Assembly: GCA_903821355.1 (NCBI GenBank)
Contig: CAIJKW010000039.1
Coordinates: 1 to 56,484 of the forward strand
Direction: 5' to 3'
DNA: 56,484 nt
Origin: an uncultured bacterium
GTDB lineage: Bacteria; Patescibacteriota; Minisyncoccia; Phycocordibacterales; CAIZLB01
Shown: in pieces, positions 42,107 through 50,542 of the stretch
Layout: the number at the start of each line of letters is the position of its first letter
How positions within the stretch are numbered: the first letter of the stretch is position 1
Notes under the pieces: generated by a model
What the model saw: only the letters and a program-made list of their open reading frames with translations
Database searches by the model: none
Told to the model about the DNA's origin: nothing
Program-made: the position numbers and the translations under genes

Positions 42107-42366
42107 TGGCTAAGTGCGGAATCTGTCATAAGTACATGAAGCCAGGGACAATCAACAAACATCATTATTGGTTTCCTAAGGCGAAGTTCGTGGGAACAAG
42201 CGAAGGTCGGATAACAACCCCACTACATTATCTTTGTCATAAGGATTTTCACTATCACTATCTCCATTACTGCACAGGGACATATAAACCCTGCGTTAAG
42301 TGGAAGAAGTGCGAAGCCTGCGAGTATCTGGACATCTGTTGCTACGCTGTCGCTCACATGGAATGA
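42106..42366 (+). CDS. Cys/His-rich protein, possibly HNH-like
   Basis: 86 aa from the ATG. CGICHK...KHHYWFPK...LCHKDFHYHY...C.KWKKCEAC. Only a weak resemblance to His-Me finger nucleases. Confidence 0.35.
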   Translation: MAKCGICHKYMKPGTINKHHYWFPKAKFVGTSEGRITTPLHYLCHKDFHYHYLHYCTGTYKPCVKWKKCEACEYLDICCYAVAHME

Positions 42367-42374
42367 GGTGAAAA

Positions 42375-43142
42375 ATGGAGATGAATGACAAGATAGTGGG
42401 TAGGGCAGTTAAGCTCAACAAGGTCAGCACCGAAGGTTCTAAACTCCTTGTACCAATAGGAGATGTTCACTACGGAGCCATCAACTGTGATGTTGACAAG
42501 TTTCAACGCACACTTGAGTTCTGTCGCAAAGACAACGCCTGGATTCTGCTGATGGGCGATATGTTGGAAAGCTCAACTCGCTATTCAGTAGGAGCTGGGG
42601 TTTACGAACAAGGTAATCCTGACAGTCAACTTTTCCAGATGATTGAGATGCTTGAACCTTATAAGGACCTGATTATCGGTTCTCACATTGGGAATCACGA
42701 GTTCAGGATTTATAAGGAAACAGGCATTAATGTAATGAAGGTCATCTGCAAGATGCTGAAAATCCGCTACCTCGGTTACGCTATGAACCATGTCCTTCAT
42801 GTTGGTTCTCAGCGTTACATTGTTTTCTCAACGCATGGATCAAGCGGTGCGACACTTCGTCACACCAAGATCAAGAAGGTTCTGGACATCTCGGCTTGGA
42901 ACAAGTCCGACCTCTACCTGTACGGGCATGTTCACACGCTGGATATGAAGTCCGACGAGTATCGTGAGTATGATGCTCGCAACAAGGTGATGGTCACCAA
43001 GAAGCGTTACTTCGTCCTGACAGGAAGTTTCCTGAAATATGACGACAGCTATGCTGAAATGAAAAACTACCAGCCAGAACGGGTTGGGGTTGCCAACATC
43101 CATCTTGACGCAGACCGTAATGACATCCATGTCTCTATCTAA
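42375..43142 (+). CDS. metallophosphoesterase (calcineurin-like phosphatase/nuclease fold)
   Basis: 255 aa with the full motif set: IGDVHYG (DxH), LLMGDMLE (GDxx), IGNHE (GNHE), STHGSSG, and LYGHVHT (GHxH). Confidence 0.85.
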   Translation: MEMNDKIVGRAVKLNKVSTEGSKLLVPIGDVHYGAINCDVDKFQRTLEFCRKDNAWILLMGDMLESSTRYSVGAGVYEQGNPDSQLFQMIEMLEPYKDLIIGSHIGNHEFRIYKETGINVMKVICKMLKIRYLGYAMNHVLHVGSQRYIVFSTHGSSGATLRHTKIKKVLDISAWNKSDLYLYGHVHTLDMKSDEYREYDARNKVMVTKKRYFVLTGSFLKYDDSYAEMKNYQPERVGVANIHLDADRNDIHVSI

Positions 43143-43366
43143 ATCTATGGGGAGTTATCAAAGCCTGAGTTACCACTCAGAAACAGGTGGCTCCCCAACC
43201 ACTTGCTTTTTCACTTGCCATCAGGATACCCTCCTCTGATGGTGAGTGTAAGAGTAAGAAAGGAGAAAAATGAAAAAGAAAAAAAGTATCTGGGATTATC
43301 TAAGACCCAGTAAAGTCGAGACGAGCACTTGTACAGCACCGTATAAATTTAATTACGGAGGGAAAA

Positions 43367-43462
43367 ATGAAAAAGTGTCCAAAATGTCTCACAAGAATGT
43401 CAAAAAGGGGTAAAAAATATGTTTGCCCCGCCTGTCTTCATGTCGAAGTTTTGGCTAAATAA
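43367..43462 (+). CDS. mini zinc-ribbon protein (31 aa)
   Basis: RBS GGAGGG. MKKCPKCLTRMSKRGKKYVCPACLHVEVLAK. It overlaps an alternative 47-aa ORF (43270..43413) that also has a good RBS, so it is unclear which is expressed. Confidence 0.35.
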   Translation: MKKCPKCLTRMSKRGKKYVCPACLHVEVLAK

Positions 43463-43562
43463 AACATTAGGTGTAATATTAACCCATAAATAGGAGGCTA
43501 TTTGAAAAAAATTCTTTGTTTTATCACTTAAAAAGGAGTTAAAGATTAACAAGAACAAATGG

Positions 43563-44030
43563 TTGGTGATAATCGCAGTCATATTCGTCATAACGATACC
43601 AACTCTAGTAATTGCACAGTCAGTAACGAAAAGAACAAAAGAAGTTTCAAAGAAAGAGTACCTTAAAATAGGAAATGCACCGATTGTAAGCCCCGTTAGG
43701 TCTGAAAAGGTAGAACTTAGCACCCAGACAGAAAAAGTGGCTTATATCGCACCAGAACAGCCCACAGAGCAAATTACAACCACCCCGACAACCGAAAATG
43801 TCGACCCTAAACTTTTTATCTATTTTCACGAAAGTGGGAATGACCCAACCCGATGGAACGGGTCAGGATGTTTAGGTCTCGGTCAAGCGTGTCCAGCAAG
43901 TAAACTTTTAGCAGTCTGTCCTAATATGGATTATGCCTGCGAAGATGCTTGGTTTACCGAATATGCCGTAAATCGCTACGGGTCGTGGCAAGGAGCTTAT
44001 AACTTCTGGCTACAAAATAATTGGTGGTAA
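43563..44030 (+). CDS. membrane-anchored or secreted protein with an APF/transglycosylase-like C-terminal domain (putative peptidoglycan-active)
   Basis: 155 aa from TTG. The hydrophobic anchor IIAVIFVITIPTLVIA is followed by FHESGNDPTRWNGSGCLGLGQACP...YAVNRYGSWQGAYNFWLQNNWW, resembling the ESGGN..A.N.SG..GLGQ ... YGSW..A..FW..NGWY domain of Gram-positive aggregation-promoting-factor-type proteins. An in-frame ATT at 43545, 6 nt after GGAG, would add MNKNKW. Confidence 0.55.
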   Translation: MVIIAVIFVITIPTLVIAQSVTKRTKEVSKKEYLKIGNAPIVSPVRSEKVELSTQTEKVAYIAPEQPTEQITTTPTTENVDPKLFIYFHESGNDPTRWNGSGCLGLGQACPASKLLAVCPNMDYACEDAWFTEYAVNRYGSWQGAYNFWLQNNWW

Positions 44031-44100
44031 GTGGACTTAAGTAATACCCTACCAATCACAATGTGGTTTCTATGCTTTCTGGCTGTTTACAAAATGTGCA

Positions 44101-44133
44101 AAAAAAAATAAAATACCCAGCTTTTGGGCTGGG
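44101..44133 (-). terminator. rho-independent-type terminator, oriented for the minus strand (or bidirectional)
   Basis: CCCAGC-loop-GCTGGG (44116-44133). On the minus strand it is followed by TATTTTATTTTTTTT. On the plus strand it lies 86 nt after the 43563..44030 stop but has no T-tail. Confidence 0.4.
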
Positions 44134-44135
44134 GT

Positions 44136-44201
44136 GTGGAGAGGTTCTTTCCGATCCCTTTGGTTCCTCCTTTTGGGTCGCCTTTCTCCTCTCCACGCTT
44201 T
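44136..44201 (+). terminator. long compound hairpin after the early region
   Basis: GTGGAGAGG (44136-44144) pairs with CCTCTCCAC (44188-44196). An inner CGATCCC/GGGTCG stem is present. Followed by GCTTT. Confidence 0.35.
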
Positions 44202-44217
44202 AGTCCAAAAATTGCTA

Positions 44218-44247
44218 TTGACAGAACATAATCTATGGGATTATGAT
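44218..44247 (+). promoter_or_regulatory. sigma70-like promoter of the glycan operon
   Basis: TTGACA (44218-44223), an 18-nt spacer, then TATGAT (44242-44247). Confidence 0.5.
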
Positions 44248-44334
44248 ATAAAAAAGGGGGAAGACAATTAGAAAACGCAGACCTTTGGGTAATGTCTGTA
44301 TAAAAAACTTATCCACAACTTATGAGCAAGTAAC

Positions 44335-44565
44335 AAATTGGGGCAATGTCGAGCCCTGACAACCCCGACTTGAACTTGCCTGTAAGCAAGAGTCGAAAGA
44401 CTATTGGCGTAAAGCACGACTGTTTCTGAGTCTCAGTTCCTCGCCCCGAAAGGGGACTTTGCTGAGGCTCGGTAACTGTTCCGAGGAGCGTTTCAGTAGT
44501 GAGTAGAGAGTTTTCTATACATCTCCCCAACGCCCCCTTGTAGATATTCAAGGAGTAAAGGGCTT
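44335..44565 (+). ncRNA. structured 5' leader (unassigned class) with two GAAA-tetraloop hairpins
   Basis: AGTC-GAAA-GACT (44391-44402), CCCC-GAAA-GGGG (44444-44455), CTGAG-t-CTCAG (44426-44436), and CTCGG-taactgtt-CCGAG. There is no convincing plus-strand ORF across about 330 nt between the promoter and the RBS at 44576. Confidence 0.35.
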
Positions 44566-44585
44566 TATGAAACAAAAGGAGGAAT

Positions 44586-44984
44586 ATGCCAAGTTGGAAC
44601 ACGAGTAAAAACAGACCTGCCGACACTCGATGGTCAAAATACATTAGAACCGAAGCCAGAATGTGCCAATTTGGAATTACTTGCCAACCTAAAGAGAGAT
44701 ATAAAGAGGACGGATCCTTAGACATTAGCTATATGGATTGCGTCCATTTTTATGGTCGGAGAAAAGAAAGCACTCGGTTTGATTCTCAAAATACGCTTAG
44801 CGGATGCAAGGGGTGTCATAAATATTTACACAACCATCCGACCGAGCATAAAGAATTTATGAAAAAATTTCTTGGAAAAGATTTTGACCTTTTAACAATT
44901 CGTGCCAACACCCCTTTAGGTATGCCAAAAGAATTTCAAGACAATAACGTGATTTTATTTTGCAAACAAAAGGAGAAAGAATGA
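44586..44984 (+). CDS. NinG/Rap-like Cys/His nuclease-type protein
   Basis: 132 aa. ADTRWSKYIRTEARMCQFGITC...CVHFYGRRKESTRFDSQNTLSGCKGCHKYL follows the FS.yIR.R...C..C...H...R....R.d..N....C..CH layout of NinG. Confidence 0.4.
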   Translation: MPSWNTSKNRPADTRWSKYIRTEARMCQFGITCQPKERYKEDGSLDISYMDCVHFYGRRKESTRFDSQNTLSGCKGCHKYLHNHPTEHKEFMKKFLGKDFDLLTIRANTPLGMPKEFQDNNVILFCKQKEKE

Positions 44985-46171
44985 AAATTTTATTATATGG
45001 GGATGTTTACTGGGATGCTTCTGGCTACGCAAAGATACTGTCTGACCTTATTCCTGAGTTTTTAAAAGCAGGTCACGAGGTCAGGCAGGTTGGGCTTAAC
45101 TACAACGGGGTCAGCAAGAGAGAAGAATTAATTCAAGTCTATCCTACGAGAGTTTGGGGAGTAAAAAGTCATTGGGCTCCAGAAGCCTTAGAAGTCGCTA
45201 TCAAAGATTTCGAGCCAGAGATTGTTTTTACTATCGGAGATTACTTTGCATTACCTGAAATCGTTCAAGTCTTATCTGCTCCAACTAAAGTTTCTTTTAA
45301 ATGGATTCACTACGGAGTAATGGACGGAGAACCCTTTAATAAAGATTTAATAAGTGCGACCTCTTGGTGTAATTATCATCTCTATCAAGCAGACTTTACC
45401 AAAAGAACAGTTGAAAATGCTATCCCAGGGATTAGAGGAAAAACCATTTACCCCGCCGTTAATAAGGAAGTCTTTCATCCTCTTGAAGAAAAAGAGAAAG
45501 AAGAATTAAGGAAAAATCTTCGAGTTGACGAAACCTTTAATGTCATCTTTGTGGGAAGAAATCAATACCGAAAAAACCTGCCAGCTCTTTTTACTGCTAT
45601 TAAAAAAGTTCATAAAATAATCCCCAATATTAGGTTGATTCATCACTCCATCCCTACGGTTGACCCATCAGGAGCTCCCAATTCTTACGACCTAGAAACC
45701 ATTATCCGAGAAATGGATATTGAGAAATTAGTCTCATATATTCCTGTAACTGAAGGTGGGATTCTGTCATTTGAAGTTGTTAACCAACTCTATAATCTAG
45801 GTGACCTTTTTGTCCTACCGACAATGGGCGAAGGCTTTGGTTTACCTTTAACAGAAGCAATGGCTTGCGGACTTCCTACAATCGGAACAGACTTCTCAGC
45901 GGTAACTGAGGTTATCGGAGACCGAGGTCTCTTAGCTAAGGTCGCTGAATATGTCTACGTTGAGGGCAACTTAAGACACGCTGTCGTTGATACAGATGAC
46001 TTGGCTCAATGTATTTACAGATTAAGTGGTGACCAAGATTTAAGAAAAACCTGTATCGAGAAAGGTTTCAAATTTACTGATACCTTAACGCCAGATAAAG
46101 TCGCCAAAAGAATTTTAAATGTGTTTGAAGAAGTTGTTAAAAAAGATTATCAACCAAAGGCAGTCGAATGA
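44981..46171 (+). CDS. glycosyltransferase, GT-B fold (GT4/GT1 family)
   Basis: ATG 44981 (ATGA overlap, RBS AAAGGAGAAAG). MKILLYGD... ends with the C-terminal signature PTMGEGFGLPLTEAMACGLPTIGTDFSAVTEVI (the E-x7-E region). Confidence 0.85.
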   Translation: MKILLYGDVYWDASGYAKILSDLIPEFLKAGHEVRQVGLNYNGVSKREELIQVYPTRVWGVKSHWAPEALEVAIKDFEPEIVFTIGDYFALPEIVQVLSAPTKVSFKWIHYGVMDGEPFNKDLISATSWCNYHLYQADFTKRTVENAIPGIRGKTIYPAVNKEVFHPLEEKEKEELRKNLRVDETFNVIFVGRNQYRKNLPALFTAIKKVHKIIPNIRLIHHSIPTVDPSGAPNSYDLETIIREMDIEKLVSYIPVTEGGILSFEVVNQLYNLGDLFVLPTMGEGFGLPLTEAMACGLPTIGTDFSAVTEVIGDRGLLAKVAEYVYVEGNLRHAVVDTDDLAQCIYRLSGDQDLRKTCIEKGFKFTDTLTPDKVAKRILNVFEEVVKKDYQPKAVE

Positions 46172-46929
46172 GAGTCACAATTTCTCTTTTAACTTATGGT
46201 TCCCTCCCCTATACAAAACAATGTTTAAAAGCGTTAGTTCATAACACGCCCAAAATTTATAAGTTAGTCATTTTAGACAATAAGTCAAAAGACGATACGG
46301 CTGATTGGATAGTTAACGAATCCAACCTCCCTGACGGAACTGATTTTATGCCAAGTCCCAAGAATTTAGGCTATGGGGGTGGACATAATTTAGTTACTGA
46401 AAAAAAAGGAGATACCGAGTTTATGGTCTTTTTGAACAACGATACTATCCCGATGAAGGGTTGGCTTGAGCCTATGATAGAGGTTATGGATAAGTACCCT
46501 GACTGCGAAGTCGTGGGGAGTAAACTTATCTCACCCTTTCTAGGAGGTCTACAACACGCTGGGGTTAATTTCAAGGGAACCTTTCCCGTTCATCGATTCT
46601 TCAATTTCCCTGTCGATTTTCCCGATGCTAATATTTTAGAACAAGTTCCGGCTGTAACGGGTGCTTGTTTTATGGTTCGAACCAAGACTTTCAAAGAATT
46701 GAAGGGGTTTGACCCTCATTATTTTTGTGGGTGGGAAGATATCGATTATTGTTTAGAGATAAACAAAATGGGGAAAAAGGTTTTTTACCAACCGAAGTCA
46801 GTCCTCCATCACTACGAAGGTAGGAGTGAAGGCAGATTTGTAGCAGAGGATTCAAACAGAGAGTATTTTATGAAAAAGTGGTATAAAGATATAAGTAAAT
46901 GGATAAAGGAGGAGAATGAAAAAGTTTAA
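46168..46929 (+). CDS. glycosyltransferase family 2
   Basis: 253 aa. ISLLTYGSLPYTKQCLKAL..ILDNKSKDDT..FLNNDT..GACFMVRTKTFKELKGFDPHYFCGWEDIDYCLEI. Confidence 0.85.
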   Translation: MRVTISLLTYGSLPYTKQCLKALVHNTPKIYKLVILDNKSKDDTADWIVNESNLPDGTDFMPSPKNLGYGGGHNLVTEKKGDTEFMVFLNNDTIPMKGWLEPMIEVMDKYPDCEVVGSKLISPFLGGLQHAGVNFKGTFPVHRFFNFPVDFPDANILEQVPAVTGACFMVRTKTFKELKGFDPHYFCGWEDIDYCLEINKMGKKVFYQPKSVLHHYEGRSEGRFVAEDSNREYFMKKWYKDISKWIKEENEKV

Positions 46930-47140
46930 AGTAAACTTTGGTCCAAAAGGTTCTAGCACTAACCGAAACTGTTATGAATGTGGTATAGAAGAATTTGACG
47001 AAAGTCGGTTCTATACCAAAAAAGACATTAAGGACATTGGAAACTTGGAAGTTGGTGAAACTTGGATAGACCCCGACAAAGACCTAACAGATATACATCA
47101 TAAACAAAAATCAAATCTCCGTTGTAGGCGATTGGAATGA
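46916..47140 (+). CDS. hypothetical protein
   Basis: 74 aa. RBS AAGGAGGAG. No motif recognised. Confidence 0.4.
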   Translation: MKKFKVNFGPKGSSTNRNCYECGIEEFDESRFYTKKDIKDIGNLEVGETWIDPDKDLTDIHHKQKSNLRCRRLE

Positions 47141-47251
47141 CGAGATAGTACCCAACTACCCTTTTACAATAAAAGTCGATTGTAGGTGGTCTGTGGACTA
47201 CCAGAAAGCAAATTAGAAGATACTTGTATAACATAAATAGGAGGATAAAAA

Positions 47252-47452
47252 ATGTTAACATTGAAAGACCTAGAAAAAAGAAAGAATTTATATTTTTTTC
47301 CTGGAAACGAAAACGGTTTCTCAAAAGAAGCAGCAGAAAATATTTTATATTACAATAATTGGATGGAATATAAAATACCGATATCTCAAGTAACTTCTGA
47401 AGCTTTTGCAAGGATAATTCAAGAAATTGAAATATTAAAAACGAAAGGATAA
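47252..47452 (+). CDS. hypothetical protein
   Basis: 66 aa. RBS TAGGAGGA. Confidence 0.4.
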   Translation: MLTLKDLEKRKNLYFFPGNENGFSKEAAENILYYNNWMEYKIPISQVTSEAFARIIQEIEILKTKG

Positions 47453-47454
47453 AC

Positions 47455-48336
47455 ATGTTAAGCGTAATAATTCCAACATACCAAAGAGAGAGAAATCTAC
47501 CCCTGACACTCACGGCTCTCAAGAATCAAACCAATAAAGATTTTGAGGTCATTGTCGTAGACGATGGCTCAACAGACAAAACAGCCGAGGTGGTTAAAGA
47601 CTTTGATGTTAAGTATTTGTACTTAGGAGAGAATAAAGGCTATCGTCAATCTAGGGCTCGTAATGCGGGAGCGAAGATATCGACGGGGGATTTTCTTTTT
47701 CTTGATGCCGATGTTCTCTTGTTTCCAGATGCGATTGAACTTTTTAAAGAAGACTTAAAGAAAGAAAAAAATAGAGTTATCTGCGGTCGTTATGAGTGGG
47801 GGAATCCGATTGAAATCACAAAAGAAGATGTTGAAAAAAGATTTGATGATGTTGTAAATGAAAGACTTCCTTTTATTCAAGACGCTCAACCTCACGGGAT
47901 GCAAGGAATCCCCGATATAAGAGATGCTATGTTTAATGATCTATCTCCTGAGACTCTTTGTTTCCAAGATGGTCATTACCTAGGAGCTTTCGGTGGAAAC
48001 ATTTTAGTCCCGAGAAAAATCTTTTATGAAATGGGGATTTATAACAAAGTTTATAATACAGAAAATAGTGAGTTTTGCGGATACGACCAACACTTTACTG
48101 CTCCGATAGAAGATGGCGATTTTGGGCTTACCCTAAGAGATGTTGGTTATCCTATTTCTTTCGATAACCGAATAAAAGGCTATCACGTTTGGCATCCTCG
48201 CAATATTTCAGAAATTCAAAGAGTAACAACCGAGCAAATTCCTTACTTAGATGAAAAGCATCACATCGATGTTGTTAAAAAGACACAACAAGTTTACCGA
48301 AGTTGGCTTAAAGATGAAAAGGAGTTAGAGCTATGA
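47455..48336 (+). CDS. glycosyltransferase family 2
   Basis: 293 aa. LSVIIPTYQRERNLPLTLTALKNQTNKDFEVIVVDDGSTDKT...FLDADV (DxD). Confidence 0.85.
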   Translation: MLSVIIPTYQRERNLPLTLTALKNQTNKDFEVIVVDDGSTDKTAEVVKDFDVKYLYLGENKGYRQSRARNAGAKISTGDFLFLDADVLLFPDAIELFKEDLKKEKNRVICGRYEWGNPIEITKEDVEKRFDDVVNERLPFIQDAQPHGMQGIPDIRDAMFNDLSPETLCFQDGHYLGAFGGNILVPRKIFYEMGIYNKVYNTENSEFCGYDQHFTAPIEDGDFGLTLRDVGYPISFDNRIKGYHVWHPRNISEIQRVTTEQIPYLDEKHHIDVVKKTQQVYRSWLKDEKELEL

Positions 48337-48845
48337 TTTACATGGGCAAACATTCCTACTGTGCAAATGACGATATTCACTGTTATGAAAAGCTAGATTT
48401 AATCATTGGAAACTTTTGTAGTATCGCGGCTAGATTAAGAGTAGAAAGTGGTCTACATCCCTGTATTAGAAATCCCCAAGTAGTTTCGCAATATCCTTTT
48501 TATGAACAATGGAAAGTAAGTTATCCACCATCAATAGACGGAGATAATGTCATCATTGGAAACGATGTTTGGGTCGCAGGAAATGTCAGTATTTTAACAG
48601 GGGTAAAAGTGGGTGACGGAGCAATAATAGGCTGTAATTCTGTCGTCACCAAAGATGTTCCACCTTACGCTTTTGTCGCTGGTAATCCTGCAAGAATAAA
48701 AAGTTATCGTTTCTCTCCTGAAATTATTAAAAAGTTATTAGAAATAAAGTGGTGGGACTGGGACGATGAAAAGATAAGATTTGAGGTCATTGTCAATGAA
48801 GATTTTAACGATATTGACAAGTTTATAGAAAAGTGGGGAAAATGA
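48333..48845 (+). CDS. hexapeptide-repeat acetyltransferase (left-handed beta-helix, Vat/CatB-like; probably sugar O-acetylation)
   Basis: 170 aa. VIIGNDVWVAGNVSILTGVKVGDGAIIGCNSVVTKDVPPYAFVAGNPARIKSYRFSPEIIKKLLEIKWWDW. Confidence 0.8.
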   Translation: MIYMGKHSYCANDDIHCYEKLDLIIGNFCSIAARLRVESGLHPCIRNPQVVSQYPFYEQWKVSYPPSIDGDNVIIGNDVWVAGNVSILTGVKVGDGAIIGCNSVVTKDVPPYAFVAGNPARIKSYRFSPEIIKKLLEIKWWDWDDEKIRFEVIVNEDFNDIDKFIEKWGK

Positions 48846-49660
48846 AAACAAGTTTAATTTATCCAGTATTCGATAGGGGGATACTTTTAGAGAATAGCCT
48901 TAAACGCCTTCGCCTTCTCCCGACTCAACCCGATGAAATCATAGTTGTAGACGACGGTTCTGAAAAGGATGATATAAAATCAATCTGTGATAAATTCGGT
49001 TGCGATAAATACATAAGAATAGAAAATCCTCAGTATGATGCCTGTTCAAGACCAAAAAATGTCGGTCTAAAAAAAGCAAGTCACGAAGTCGTTATATACT
49101 CAGAGCCAGAAGTCATGTTTGTTTCTGATGTCATTGGACAAATAGGGGAATTGCTAGAAAAAAACTCAGATAAAATTATTTCCTGTGGAACAATGTTTTT
49201 TGAAAAAAGAAATTTTACATTAGACCATAATAAATCATTAGAAGAAACAATGGAAAATGCTCCCATAAAAGAATGGATACATGGGACAATAGATGTTCAT
49301 GCTGACGACAGTTGCTTGACCAAATCAATTGGAATGATGGCATTATTTACTCTAGGAGCATATAAGAAAAACTTAATTTCTGTCGGTGGATGGGATGAGG
49401 ATATGATGTTGGGAAATGGTGGTGGAGGATATGGGTTTGATGATACCGATTTATGTACAAGGTTACGAGTCAACGGGAATAACCAGTTGGTTGATGAAAA
49501 TTTACAGGCACTACATCAATGGCATGACAGAGTTCCTTTTCCTCAAGCCGATGGGTGGAAAAGAAATGAAGAAATATTCAATTCTAAAAAAATAGATGGG
49601 GATATATCAAAAGAAAATGTTGTTTCAAATAAAAATAGAAAGTGGGGATTCATTGGCTAA
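48842..49660 (+). CDS. glycosyltransferase family 2
   Basis: ATG 48842 (ATGA overlap). MKTSLIYPVFDRGILLENSLKRL..EIIVVDDGSEKDD. Confidence 0.7.
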   Translation: MKTSLIYPVFDRGILLENSLKRLRLLPTQPDEIIVVDDGSEKDDIKSICDKFGCDKYIRIENPQYDACSRPKNVGLKKASHEVVIYSEPEVMFVSDVIGQIGELLEKNSDKIISCGTMFFEKRNFTLDHNKSLEETMENAPIKEWIHGTIDVHADDSCLTKSIGMMALFTLGAYKKNLISVGGWDEDMMLGNGGGGYGFDDTDLCTRLRVNGNNQLVDENLQALHQWHDRVPFPQADGWKRNEEIFNSKKIDGDISKENVVSNKNRKWGFIG

Positions 49661-50054
49661 GAATTGGAACTGCATAGATTGTAATAAGCTAATTTGGAAC
49701 AGATATACCAGATGCCAATCCTGTGCAAAGACAGGAAAACTTAATAACCGTTTTGAAAATGGGCTGAAAGGAAAAGACAACCCCAATTGGCAAGGAGGAA
49801 TATCCATGGATAAGCATACCTATAATTTTAAGAAAAAACTTTCACCAACAATTAGGAGAATTATGCCAAGATGTCAACAATGTTATACAGATAAAGATTT
49901 AGTTGTCCATCATATAGATTATAATAAAAGAAACGACCAAACTAATAATCTCATCACTCTTTGTCGTTCGTGCAATGCTAAGGTAAACTTTCATAAAGAA
50001 AATTATCGTCTATTATTAAGTTATAAGCGTGAAAAAGGAATGATAAAATTATGA
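49596..50054 (+). mobile_element. free-standing HNH homing endonuclease
   Basis: 152 aa. CIDCNK..CQSCAK..NPNWQGG, then PRCQQCYTDKDLVVHHIDYNKRNDQTNNLITLCRSCNAKVN. The 5' end overlaps the GT2 gene by 65 nt, so the true start is uncertain. Confidence 0.8.
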
Positions 50055-50542
50055 ACAACTTGAATTTAGGCTGTGGGAACGTCAAACAAAAGGACTGGGT
50101 CGGGATTGATATCAGAAACTTCCCCGAAGTTGACTATGTGATGAATGTTGGCAAAGAACCCCTGCCCTTTATGAATAATTCAGTAGATAAGATCCACGCT
50201 GACCATCTTTTTGAACACTTCTATCCAGAAGAGCTTTTCTTTTGTGTCGAAGAATGTTTTAGAGTTTTAAAACCAAAGGGACATCTCTTGGTTTCCGTTC
50301 CTAAGGGAAATTCTCCCGCTTTCTACATTCACCCAGACCATAAGATTCATTTTATGGAAGATACTTTCGCCTTCTTCCAAGTCCCAGCAGATGGGAAAGA
50401 TATTTTGGGATACTTAAAGGGGTTTTGGCATATCACTATACTACAGGGGTCAAATCCTCACGCTTTTTCTGTTGAAATGTATCCAAACAAACCAAGAGGA
50501 AAGTATAAGTATAAAAAAATTAAATTATTAGGAGAACTATGA
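50051..50542 (+). CDS. class I SAM-dependent methyltransferase
   Basis: 163 aa. LNLGCGNVKQKDWVGIDI ... VDKIHADHLFEHF ... RVLKPKGHLLV (Methyltransf_11-like). Confidence 0.7.
   Translation: MNNLNLGCGNVKQKDWVGIDIRNFPEVDYVMNVGKEPLPFMNNSVDKIHADHLFEHFYPEELFFCVEECFRVLKPKGHLLVSVPKGNSPAFYIHPDHKIHFMEDTFAFFQVPADGKDILGYLKGFWHITILQGSNPHAFSVEMYPNKPRGKYKYKKIKLLGEL

Noticed and set aside
43270-43413. 47-aa ORF (MKKKKSIWDYLRPSKVETSTCTAPYKFNYGGKNEKVSKMSHKNVKKG) with a good RBS
   Set aside because: It overlaps the 31-aa zinc-ribbon ORF in another frame. I could not decide which is real, so only the Zn-ribbon ORF is listed, at low confidence.
34186-43829. Minus-strand ORFs inside the plus-strand early region (34186, 36840, 36902, 37668, 38898, 39175, 39969, 40582, 40898, 41645, 42585, 42840, 43400, 43647)
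   Set aside because: All are antisense to better-supported, RBS-preceded, translationally coupled plus-strand genes.
32725-44030. Looked for an integrase, a CI-like repressor, a DNA polymerase, a helicase/primase, and a reverse transcriptase (DGR)
   Set aside because: No ORF shows the corresponding motifs. The life style (lytic or temperate) and the replication strategy therefore remain open.
44041-44585. Searched for a tRNA or tmRNA in the largest non-coding gap
   Set aside because: There is no cloverleaf-compatible arrangement and no T-loop GTTCRANYC-type motif on either strand.
44309-44725. 138-aa minus-strand ORF across the leader region
   Set aside because: It overlaps the start of the plus-strand NinG-like gene, has no RBS, and sits on the opposite strand to the predicted promoter. 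The region is better explained as a structured leader.
47028-47522. 164-aa minus-strand ORF in the sugar operon
   Set aside because: It is antisense to three coupled plus-strand genes, and its Phe/Leu/Ile-rich translation is typical of AT-rich antisense.
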